The notes: a model not told the origin generated them from the sequence alone. Positions 41,779 through 50,042 are shown, counted from the stretch's first letter. The stretch: 50,042 bases of DNA from a virus (IMGVR_UViG_640753025_000001:1-50042), one strand, 5' to 3'. Translations and numbers: made by a program.

Positions 41779-42026
41779 CTTACATGAAAGGTGATTACAT
41801 ATCGACGAACTCTCGCTATGGCGAATCGAAGGTAGGATGTTTTGCCTACATAGATGACACCGTGAAAGATGGAGATCTTTATATCAGTGCTATCGGAATT
41901 TATGATGGAGAGGGCAAGGAAAATAAAATATTCGATTTCAACGTAGTAACTCTCAGTGGAGAACCTGATGATGTGTTTTCTTTGGCTAAAGAAACATACC
42001 TGAGCAATTTCTCAATAATTGATTAA
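41775..42026 (+). CDS. small hypothetical protein translationally coupled to tailspike
   Basis: ATG at 41775 overlaps tailspike TGA (ATGA); 83 aa. Confidence 0.45.
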   Translation: MTYMKGDYISTNSRYGESKVGCFAYIDDTVKDGDLYISAIGIYDGEGKENKIFDFNVVTLSGEPDDVFSLAKETYLSNFSIID

Positions 42027-42207
42027 TAATCACCACTAGGCTTTGATGGCAGAGCATTTAAACCAATGAACCTTCCAGTGCCGTAGCCAATACTTCAACA
42101 GATGGAATTCATTGGCTGAACGCCAACAAAGTCATATGATTCAGTAACATTTCCGGTTACTACCATTGATAGTCGCAACATCTATTGATCTTCCCTTACA
42201 GTAAAAC

Positions 42208-42227
42208 TACTGTATATAAAAACAGTA
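42208..42227 (+). promoter_or_regulatory. LexA (SOS) box
   Basis: TACTGTATATAAAAACAGTA fits CTGT-N8-ACAG; 18 bp upstream of ATG 42246. Confidence 0.7.
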
Positions 42228-42245
42228 ATCATCAGAGGGAAGATC

Positions 42246-42485
42246 ATGCACCGTCAGTCAGACATCTATCAGGCTTTCCGCGAGTCGGTATTGCGCAACT
42301 CCAAAGGCTACCAGTATCTGCATACAAAGGATTTTGTGTCAGCGCTGCTCCGGCGTGGGCTGCACTTTACCGACTCAGAGGCTAATGCGTGGATATCTAG
42401 AGAGCAGACGTACTTTGTCGACAAAACCACCGACCATAGCGAAAACCGTTTGTGGATGATGGCTAACATGGGGAGGGTTTTGTAA
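42246..42485 (+). CDS. hypothetical protein, first gene of LexA-box operon
   Basis: 79-aa ORF after AGAGGGAAG; stop overlaps next start (TAATG). Confidence 0.55.
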   Translation: MHRQSDIYQAFRESVLRNSKGYQYLHTKDFVSALLRRGLHFTDSEANAWISREQTYFVDKTTDHSENRLWMMANMGRVL

Positions 42486-42802
42486 TGGGCTTTCCTTCAC
42501 CCGCAGCGGACTACGTCGAGCAGCGACTGTCCGTTAACTCGATATGCAATGTTGGTCCTAACACCCGCGTTTTCGAAAGGGATGGCGGTTATGTTGTGCT
42601 GGATATCTCCCTGAAGCCAAAGCAGGGTAGTCAGGTTCTGATCCAGCACGGCGGCGGGACTGAGCTTGCCACGTTGAGAGGGAGGGCCCTGATTACTGAA
42701 GACGGCGAAGCGATTGAAGGCGAGGCCCTGGATGATATCACTGTCGCCGGCGTGGTGACACACACCATCATCGATGTGAGAAGTGACAGCGTAGCGGTAT
42801 AA
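42485..42802 (+). CDS. UmuD'-like protein (S24 fold, no Ser/Lys dyad, starts at the UmuD' N-terminus)
   Basis: 105 aa starting MGFPSPAADYVEQR, the segment just after the UmuD Cys-Gly cleavage site; GDSM Ser and catalytic Lys positions not conserved. Confidence 0.6.
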   Translation: MGFPSPAADYVEQRLSVNSICNVGPNTRVFERDGGYVVLDISLKPKQGSQVLIQHGGGTELATLRGRALITEDGEAIEGEALDDITVAGVVTHTIIDVRSDSVAV

Positions 42803-42833
42803 GGCAGGCTTTTTAGTGGCCTGCCGCTTTTGA

Positions 42834-43064
42834 TTACTGTGTCTTTTCGTCCAGCCAGTCCGCCCACCACTGCATCATTTCTCTGCGTTTATCGAGATAC
42901 TGAGCATGGTTGTATATTCCACGCACAGATCCGCCGTTGGCATGAGCGAGTTGCACTTCGATAGTTTCGTGATGCACCAAGTGATCAAAGTAATGAAATT
43001 TAACATCCAAGCCTCCATCGATCGATACTTGCGGTAGTTGATAAGGAAAAACTATGGTACACAA
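42834..43064 (-). pseudogene. C-terminal fragment of a P4-type tyrosine integrase
   Basis: EVQLAHANGGSVRGIYNHAQYLDKRREMMQWWADWLD aligns with the C-terminus of the intact integrase at 43465..44673; no N-terminal/catalytic part. Confidence 0.6.
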
Positions 43065-43255
43065 AGCGTTGCACTGGATTGCAAGGCTTTGTGCTCTTCT
43101 GTGGATGTGTGGCTACATGTTTGAAGATCGTTGTGCCGAATTTGTGACATACACATGACAACATCATGCATCAACTTTCTGTTTGTGCCATCAACTATAG
43201 CTTAGTGAATGCGGTTAATGCTTGCTAAAACAGATAGTTATGATTGGTGCTACAG

Positions 43256-43304
43256 ATTCGTAATGCGAAGGTCGTAGGTTCGACTCCTATTATCGGCACC
43301 ATTT
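43256..43304. repeat. attR core: 49-bp direct repeat (displaced 3' part of thrW)
   Basis: Exact copy of 1399..1447. Confidence 0.8.
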
Positions 43305-43464
43305 CAAACTCTTCCCAAGTCTACCGAAATCAACTAAAAGCTCGTATACTGCGGTTTCTGGCCCGTATCTTATCTCCTGTTATCAACTAGACTCAACCGA
43401 AATCAAGTCGCAGTTGGGGGCATAAGTGGGGGCATTTTGTGTTCGGTCTAGGGAGATGCCCCCA

Positions 43465-44673
43465 ATGAAACTTAATGCGCGACAGGTAGACGCAGCTAAA
43501 CCCAGAGAGAAAGCCTATAAGCTGGCAGATGGTGCTGGTTTGTATCTTGAGGTTGTTCCCTCTGGTTCCAGATACTGGCGGATGAAATATCGCTTCAATG
43601 GAAAAGAGAAGCGTATGGCCTTTGGTGTCTATCCGGCAGTGTCCCTTGCACAAGCGAGGGCACTGCGTGACGACGCCAAGAAAAAGCTTGCCGAAGGTAT
43701 CGATCCATCGCTTGCCAAGAAAGAAGAAAAGCTGGTTCGAGATGTGCAGCTAAATAATACGTTTCAGGCTGTGGCACTTGAATGGCATGGAACGAAGGTG
43801 AGCCGATGGTCAGAAGGTTATGCCTCGGACATTATCGAAGCCTTTAATAAAGATATTTTTCCCTATATTGGCCAACAACCGGTGAATGAAATCAAACCGC
43901 TGGTTCTGCTTAATGTGCTGCGTCGAATTGAAAGCCGTGGCGCGACAGAGAAGGCCAAGAAGGTTCGCCAGCGTTGCAGCGAAGTCTTTCGTTACGCCAT
44001 CGTAACCGGTCGTGCGGAATACAATCCTGCAGCGGATCTTACCAGCGCGATGTCAGGGCATGAATCGAAGCATTATCCCTTCCTTACTGTTGAGGAGTTA
44101 CCAGACTTTTTTAAAGCTCTCGCAGGCTACACAGGAAGCCCGTTAGTTGTTCTTGCGGCACGTCTGCTGATCCTCACGGGAGTTCGCACTGGCGAACTCC
44201 GAGGTGCTTTCTGGAGTGAGTTTGATCTTGAAAAAGCGGTGTGGGAGATACCTGCCGAGCGTATGAAGATGAAACGGCCTCACCTTGTCCCCCTCTCTAC
44301 CCAAGCGCTGGAAATCGTACAGCAACTCAAAGTGATGTCAGGGCAATATCCACTGGTGTTCCCGGGACGTAATGATCCCCGCAAGACGATGAGTGAAGCG
44401 AGTATTAATCAGGTTTTTAAGCGGATTGGATATACGGGGAGGGTAACGGGGCATGGTTTCCGTCACACGATGAGTACGATTTTGCATGAGGAAGGTTTCA
44501 ATACAGCGTGGATTGAAACCCAGCTGGCTCACGTTGATAAAAATGCGATTCGTGGGACGTATAACCATGCGTTGTATTTGGAAGGACGTAGGGAGATGAT
44601 GCAGTGGTATGCGGACTATATAAACGCTAATCATAATTCATGTATTTCTTTGCTGGTGAACGCTACAAAGTAG
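43465..44673 (+). CDS. int: tyrosine integrase, P4 type
   Basis: ATG at 43465 after GGGAGA; catalytic HGFRHT and RGTYNHALY regions; begins 160 bp after the tRNA 3' repeat, reading away from it. Confidence 0.9.
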   Translation: MKLNARQVDAAKPREKAYKLADGAGLYLEVVPSGSRYWRMKYRFNGKEKRMAFGVYPAVSLAQARALRDDAKKKLAEGIDPSLAKKEEKLVRDVQLNNTFQAVALEWHGTKVSRWSEGYASDIIEAFNKDIFPYIGQQPVNEIKPLVLLNVLRRIESRGATEKAKKVRQRCSEVFRYAIVTGRAEYNPAADLTSAMSGHESKHYPFLTVEELPDFFKALAGYTGSPLVVLAARLLILTGVRTGELRGAFWSEFDLEKAVWEIPAERMKMKRPHLVPLSTQALEIVQQLKVMSGQYPLVFPGRNDPRKTMSEASINQVFKRIGYTGRVTGHGFRHTMSTILHEEGFNTAWIETQLAHVDKNAIRGTYNHALYLEGRREMMQWYADYINANHNSCISLLVNATK

Positions 44674-44914
44674 ATTTGACGTGATGATAGGATTGATTAG
44701 GAAAATGACCTAAAACCGTATATTTTGATACTTAAGTTTAAACATTAGCCCTATATCCGATCGCCCTTTGTTACCTACACTTCTATCTTTTTTAGGTTCT
44801 AGGGCTGAAAGATTTGAAGATAAGTTTATAAATATCAATAGATTACATGATTGTGTTGGTTCTTGGGTAGCCGTAACGCCTAGGGCGGTAGCGTACTTAA
44901 GATGAGTATAAAAA

Positions 44915-46123
44915 ATGAACAGTAACTATATGCCATTCACACAACGAGATAGTCTCGGAAGATACTATACAAAAGAATCCATAAGTGCATTATTGGTTTC
45001 TCAGATGAAAGCTGAAAAAGTCAATAATATTATTGATTTAGCTTCTGGTGAGGGGAGCTTAACCTATGCTGCTTTAGACCGATGGAAGAATGCAGAAGCA
45101 TATTCTTTGGATATAGAATCTCGGATGTCAAAAAAAGTATGTGATAATCTTACTCATATTGTAACAGATGCCCTTGTTCATTCATTTCCTGAAATGCTTG
45201 CCCGACATCAAGGAAATTTTGATGTTGCAGTATGTAATCCTCCATTCACTCTCCCTGAATGGAGGGATGATTATTTTAAAATCATTAGTGAGATTGGCGC
45301 AGATAAATATATATCTGTCTCAAAATATGTCCCAGCAGAGATAATATTTATATCTCAAGTCATCAGGTTTCTTAAAAAGGGCGGTGAGGCTGGAATAATT
45401 TTACCTGATGGTATATTTACAGCAAGAAAGTTTATAGGTTTAAGACGATATTTATTGAATGAACATTCAATTACAAAAGTCATTGAATTGCCTAGGAATA
45501 TCTTCAAAAGGACAGAGGCTAAAACACATATTTTAATTTTTAATAAAAAAATTATGCCTCATCATAAAATACAATTACATTGTATAACTAAAGATGGGGA
45601 ATTGTCGCCTCCTGTTTTAATTAGAAAAGAAGATGCGGTTGAGAGAATGGACTACTCTTATCATTATAATAAAAATGAAGGTAAAGGGTTTAGCACAATA
45701 GGGATGCTTAAAAATATTTCAATTTTTAGAGGTAGGTTTAATTCAAAGGAAATTACGGAACATGTTTTTCATACGACAAAATTTAGTGGTGATGAAAAGT
45801 ACATTAAATTCCACTGCAACTCTGTAGAAGAATTGAAGCCATCAAAATTAGATGTCATTGCTAAGCCTGGTGATATATTAATAGCAAGAGTTGGGCGAAA
45901 TTTTCATAAAAAAATATTGTTTGTTGAGAGCGGCTATTCTTATATCAGTGACTGTATTTTTCTGATACGAGCCTCTGGTGGAGATAAGAAAAAACTATTT
46001 GATTTTCTTTGTTCTCAAGATGGGCAAGAGGAATTATCTCGAGCGAGTAGTGGTGTAGCCGCACAACATATTACAATGGATGCATTAAAAAAAATACATC
46101 TTGTAAGGATTAAACATGACTGA
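44915..46123 (+). CDS. N6-adenine DNA methyltransferase, gamma class
   Basis: 402 aa; GRYYTKESI (motif X-like), IIDLASGEGSLT (AdoMet motif I), CNPPF (motif IV, 45236..45247); ~160-aa C-terminal putative recognition domain; AT-rich. Confidence 0.8.
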   Translation: MNSNYMPFTQRDSLGRYYTKESISALLVSQMKAEKVNNIIDLASGEGSLTYAALDRWKNAEAYSLDIESRMSKKVCDNLTHIVTDALVHSFPEMLARHQGNFDVAVCNPPFTLPEWRDDYFKIISEIGADKYISVSKYVPAEIIFISQVIRFLKKGGEAGIILPDGIFTARKFIGLRRYLLNEHSITKVIELPRNIFKRTEAKTHILIFNKKIMPHHKIQLHCITKDGELSPPVLIRKEDAVERMDYSYHYNKNEGKGFSTIGMLKNISIFRGRFNSKEITEHVFHTTKFSGDEKYIKFHCNSVEELKPSKLDVIAKPGDILIARVGRNFHKKILFVESGYSYISDCIFLIRASGGDKKKLFDFLCSQDGQEELSRASSGVAAQHITMDALKKIHLVRIKHD

Positions 46124-47822
46124 TGTGGAATTAGATAGTAATTTTCTTATCGAGGAACGAGCTGATTATATTGATGAGGATACGATAAAAAATAATACTA
46201 TCAGATCTGGAGAGTTTTTCGATATTATACATAATGCTCTTATATCCCCAGGCATCAAACTTATAGTTGGTCCTAGGGGATGTGGTAAAACACATTTGAT
46301 GCGTTATGCTTGGGTTGAATGTAAAAACGATGATAACGCACCATTACCACTCTATGTTTCTTTTAATAAATATTTTAAGTTAGAGCCGCTTTTAAAAAAT
46401 AAACCAAATGCAATTGATCTCTTTCATAAATGGGTATTAGCAAAGATACTACTCTCTGCTTATGAAATTGCTTGCGATATTGAAGATTCTGAATATCTTG
46501 ATTTGTCAACGATACTCATAGCGGATAAAGAGTTCCTAATTAATTTAATCGTAAGGCTTGAGCAGGGTCTTTCGCCATCATTAGAACAAGAAAACATTGT
46601 TCAATTGATCAGTGTTTCTTCTGTCATATCCTCGTTGAGTTCACTATGTGATTGGCTTGAACGTAAAAGAGTCATTATTTTATTAGACGATGCAGCAATA
46701 AGCTTAACTCCTGAATATCTTTACGAGTTTTTTGATATTGTACGTAGTCTAAAAACCTCAAAAATAGCTTTAAAGGCATCGGTTTATCCTGGAACAACCG
46801 AATATGGCCCAAGGTTTCATGTTGCTCATGATGCTGAAACAATTGATGCTTGGATTTCGGTACAGCACCCTAATTATTCCTCAGTGATGGATGCTATAGC
46901 GCAGGCAAGGTTTCCTGGGTATGATGGCATTCCGGATGACTTGAAAGAGTTATTTAAATTCTCAGCATTTGGTATTCCACGTTCTTTTTTGATGATGTTA
47001 AGAGATTATCAAACAACTTTAAGTCAGACAACTCAGCAAAAATTTAATAAAATAATTGAAAGGTATGTTGAGCTTAGACTCAGCGAATACAGTTCACTAA
47101 AAGATAAGCTACCTCGATTGTTTGACATTGTTTCATTAGGTGAATCACTTTTATTAAAAGTAGTCGAATTACTCAAGGAAAGTAACTCCCAATATAAAGA
47201 AGAGAAACAAGTCATAATCGGTATAGAGAAAAATGATAATGTTTATTTTTCTCGACTCACTAAGCTATTAATTGAAACAGGGCTTTTTTATAATCTTCCT
47301 GATATTTCTCATGGTGATGGGCGTACTTATGAAAGATATATACCTCATTATGCTTTATTAATAAAGGAAAGAGTGTTTAACGAAGGAAGTAGAGGTTTTT
47401 CTCCTTCTCAGATTATTCAAAAAATACTAAGAAAGAATGCTAAGCATCCTGTCAGAAGAAACATTTCATCATTATTCAATGCTGAGCAACTTGCGAGACT
47501 TAAACTAACTTTACCTCCATGCAATAACTGCAAGACTCCGCGATTGACTGACAATCAAAAATTTTGCCATCATTGTGGGAATCAATTGATTGATGAGTCG
47601 GCCTATAATCAGTGCATGTCTATTCCACTGTCAAAAGTACCACATCTAACATCTTGGCAAATGCAAAAACTATCTGGGCTGGAAAAAGTAAAAACTATAG
47701 GAGATGTATTGTCTTTACAAGACCCTGGGAGTGAGTTAAGAAAAATTCACAGAATAGGACCCAAAATTGCCAATAAAATTATGGACAAAGTGTTATTACA
47801 TGTTGAAGAGTTTTTGTCTTAA
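46116..47822 (+). CDS. P-loop ATPase with C-terminal zinc ribbon and helix-hairpin-helix
   Basis: 568 aa; Walker A GPRGCGKTH (46269..46295), Walker B-like VIILLDDA, CNNCKTP...CHHCGNQL (from ~47519), HhH IHRIGPKIANKI; start overlaps MTase stop. Confidence 0.7.
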   Translation: MTDVELDSNFLIEERADYIDEDTIKNNTIRSGEFFDIIHNALISPGIKLIVGPRGCGKTHLMRYAWVECKNDDNAPLPLYVSFNKYFKLEPLLKNKPNAIDLFHKWVLAKILLSAYEIACDIEDSEYLDLSTILIADKEFLINLIVRLEQGLSPSLEQENIVQLISVSSVISSLSSLCDWLERKRVIILLDDAAISLTPEYLYEFFDIVRSLKTSKIALKASVYPGTTEYGPRFHVAHDAETIDAWISVQHPNYSSVMDAIAQARFPGYDGIPDDLKELFKFSAFGIPRSFLMMLRDYQTTLSQTTQQKFNKIIERYVELRLSEYSSLKDKLPRLFDIVSLGESLLLKVVELLKESNSQYKEEKQVIIGIEKNDNVYFSRLTKLLIETGLFYNLPDISHGDGRTYERYIPHYALLIKERVFNEGSRGFSPSQIIQKILRKNAKHPVRRNISSLFNAEQLARLKLTLPPCNNCKTPRLTDNQKFCHHCGNQLIDESAYNQCMSIPLSKVPHLTSWQMQKLSGLEKVKTIGDVLSLQDPGSELRKIHRIGPKIANKIMDKVLLHVEEFLS

Positions 47823-47892
47823 TTTTGATGGCATGTACTTGTCAATCGTGTCTTTCTTATCTGAAAAGTTTAATTTAAAAAGAGTCGGGAAA

Positions 47893-48870
47893 ATGGAACT
47901 AGAATCAAAAGAGGATTATGAAGAGACCACTCATCATAATGTGGCGTCCTCAGTTGTCACTGCAACCCATGATAACTTAGATGGAAGAGAGTTTTTTGAA
48001 CTATGTAGTAATCCAGCTCTAGTTTTTTCGTTTGAGACACACAAAAAATTTAATGAGTTACCTGTTGATAGCAAGGAATCCCCGTTAGATCTTTTTATAG
48101 CTAATACAAAGCAACTTCACTTGTTAAGATCTGGTGATATTTCAAACACATTAAGCCATCTGTTGTTATTAGGTTATGTGTCTGCAGCCGAAAGTTATTT
48201 GCGAGCTCTTATCAGAAATCTAATTAATCATGATGAATATATACAGTCTATAGTTTCTGATAAGGCCGTTAGTTATGCAGCGGCACAACACCATAAAAAG
48301 GAGTTATTACCAGAAGCTTTACTTGAGGACTTTTCATTGGCAAGCCCTTATAATGTTTTTGAAACATTAAAGGACATTATTGGAATGAAAGGACAACGAC
48401 CAATCGAAATGATGAAATGCTCAAGCGAATTCATGAAAGTTTGCGAGTTAAGGCATTGTTGTGTTCATCGATTTGGTAAGTTGGGTTCGAAAAATGCAAT
48501 CCGACTAGGATTGGCTGAACATATGAAGCACTTAGAAAAACCGATAATACTCAATAATGATGATCTCGAGCAAATCGCATTTATTGTTGAGAATTTTATT
48601 AGAACTTTGAATAATACCGTTTTCAAATTTATAATTAATCGTACAGTTGAGAACAAAAATAAGGAAAAAGGAGGGGAAAGACTATATGATTCTGAATGGA
48701 CATGGGTGTTTGAAAAAGATATAAGTCGATACGAAAAGTATTATTCAATATTTAGTGCCAAAAACGATACCCTTCCCGGATTATCATTACAGGATTCATA
48801 TCAACTTTTTGTTAATGCATATAAGCCTAAACTTCCTGCAAGAAAAAATAAAAAAACTGAAGAAAATTAA
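47893..48870 (+). CDS. hypothetical protein with Rx4H (HEPN-like) motif
   Basis: 325 aa from ATG 47893; RHCCVH at 48451..48468; AT-rich; alternative in-frame starts at 47767 and 47833. Confidence 0.5.
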   Translation: MELESKEDYEETTHHNVASSVVTATHDNLDGREFFELCSNPALVFSFETHKKFNELPVDSKESPLDLFIANTKQLHLLRSGDISNTLSHLLLLGYVSAAESYLRALIRNLINHDEYIQSIVSDKAVSYAAAQHHKKELLPEALLEDFSLASPYNVFETLKDIIGMKGQRPIEMMKCSSEFMKVCELRHCCVHRFGKLGSKNAIRLGLAEHMKHLEKPIILNNDDLEQIAFIVENFIRTLNNTVFKFIINRTVENKNKEKGGERLYDSEWTWVFEKDISRYEKYYSIFSAKNDTLPGLSLQDSYQLFVNAYKPKLPARKNKKTEEN

Positions 48871-49070
48871 CGCCACTACTATCTGAAAATATTAGTAATT
48901 TTTACTTGAAATGGCAGGGCGTTATTTTTTTTGATTGAATATGGGTAATGTTAAATATCTAATCATTTGAAACTTCTAGCTATATTAATAAATGTAATGT
49001 GTGAATGATGATGGTGCTTGCTTTAACTATAGATTGTTATTCCATATAGAAATTAGGTAATGACTCCAAC

Positions 49071-49574
49071 TTATTGATAGTGTTTTATGTTCAGATAATG
49101 CCCGATGACCTTGTCATGCAGCTCCACCGATTTTGAGAACGACAGTGACTTCCGTCCCAGCCTTGCCAGATGTTGTCTCAGATTCAGATTATGTCGCTCA
49201 ATGCGCTGAGTGTAACGCTTGCTGATAACGTGCAGCTTTCCCTTCAGGCGTGATTCATACAGCGGCCAGCCATCCGTCATCCATACCACGACCTCAAAGG
49301 CCGACAGCAGGCTCAGAAGACGCTCCAGTGTGGCCAGAGTGCGTTCACCGAAGACGTGCGCCACAACCGTCCTCCGTATCCTGTCATACGCGTAAAACAG
49401 CCAGCGCTGACGTGATTTAGCACCGACGTAGCCCCACTGTTCGTCCATTTCAGCGCAGACAATCACATCACTGCCCGGTTGTATGCGCGAGGTTACCGAC
49501 TGCGGCCTGAGTTTTTTAAGTGACGTAAAACCGTGTTGAGGCCAACGCCCATAATGCGTGCACTGGCGCGACAT
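49071..49574 (-). CDS. insB: IS1 InsB (expressed as InsAB' by frameshift)
   Basis: 167-aa ORF recognised as IS1 InsB. Confidence 0.9.
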   Translation of the reverse strand: MSRQCTHYGRWPQHGFTSLKKLRPQSVTSRIQPGSDVIVCAEMDEQWGYVGAKSRQRWLFYAYDRIRRTVVAHVFGERTLATLERLLSLLSAFEVVVWMTDGWPLYESRLKGKLHVISKRYTQRIERHNLNLRQHLARLGRKSLSFSKSVELHDKVIGHYLNIKHYQ

Positions 49575-49768
49575 CCGACGCCATTCATGGCCATATCAAT
49601 GATTTTCTGGTGCGTACCGGGCTGAGAGGCGGTGTAAGTGAACTGTAGTTGCCATGTTTTACGGCAATGAGAGCAGAGATAGCGCTGATGTCCGGCAGTG
49701 CTTTTGCCGTTACGCACCACGCCTTCAGTAGCGGAGCAGGAAGGACATCTGATGGAAATGGAAGCCAC
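49493..49768 (-). CDS. insA: IS1 InsA
   Basis: 91-aa ORF recognised as IS1 InsA. Confidence 0.9.
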   Translation of the reverse strand: MASISIRCPSCSATEGVVRNGKSTAGHQRYLCSHCRKTWQLQFTYTASQPGTHQKIIDMAMNGVGCRASARIMGVGLNTVLRHLKNSGRSR

Positions 49769-49823
49769 GCAAGCACCTTAAAATCACCATCATACACTAA
49801 ATCAGTAAGTTGGCAGCATTACC

Positions 49824-50042
49824 CAAAATCAACAAGCTCAGTTTCATCCAGCTCAACAAATTCAAGTATTTTTTCTTTCGCATTTTTTCTTTCGCATCGG
49901 CATCGCGGTTTTGTTTTTTCAAATACGTCTGAAAATACTCACATGCTTTCGCAAAACTCATTGTGTAAATCATTGCCGCATATCGTAGTGCCTGTAACTC
50001 CATATGCGTCCCCGTTTCATCACGTTTTAATTCGATAACCAC
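49824..50042 (-). pseudogene. partial ORF running into IS1, unknown function
   Basis: Minus-strand frame enters from beyond the window edge and continues across the IS1 end at 49823. Confidence 0.3.

Larger units (their letters stand above)
49056..49823 (-). mobile_element. IS1 (768 bp)
   Basis: Ends GGTAATGACTCCAACTTATTGAT... and ...ATCAGTAAGTTGGCAGCATTACC; insA and insB inside; no 8-9-bp target duplication. Confidence 0.9.

Noticed and set aside
47767-47892. Upstream starts for gene 3 of the candidate defence operon, overlapping the ATPase gene
   Set aside because: No RBS; start at 47893 (GGGAAA spacing) preferred, but not verified.
1-50042. CRISPR array
   Set aside because: No regularly spaced short direct repeats seen; repeats present are IS copies, att cores, ori iterons and a 14-bp tandem duplication.

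Overview
Enterobacterial (E. coli-like) chromosome at the proA-thrW locus carrying two tandem integrated elements. (1) A ~41.9-kb P22-like lambdoid prophage (1399..43304) sits in the 3' end of tRNA-Thr (thrW), bounded by 49-bp direct repeats. It has P22-type int/xis, recT, an immC-like region (N, c2-type repressor, cro, c1/cII-like), O-like initiator with iterons, DnaB-like helicase, a nin region with rusA, lambda-type Q/pR'/tR' and S-R-Rz/Rz1 lysis genes, and a P22-type morphogenesis block (terminase to gp16 ejection proteins, tailspike). An immI-like region holds a membrane protein, a second CI-like repressor whose S24 nucleophile Ser is Ala, arc, ant and an Mnt-like gene. Two identical 1229-bp IS3-family copies, each with its own 3-bp target duplication, interrupt a Gp157-like gene and an antirepressor-like gene. 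Near attR lie a LexA-box-controlled cassette encoding a UmuD'-like protein and a P4-type integrase fragment. (2) Beyond attR, a second island opens with an intact P4-type integrase followed by an AT-rich three-gene operon: gamma-class N6-adenine methyltransferase, P-loop ATPase with zinc ribbon and helix-hairpin-helix, and a protein with an Rx4H (HEPN-like) motif. This is the strongest candidate for an undescribed defence system. The island is cut by an IS1 lacking target-site duplications. All calls rest on reading the sequence and remembered family features; no database search was run.
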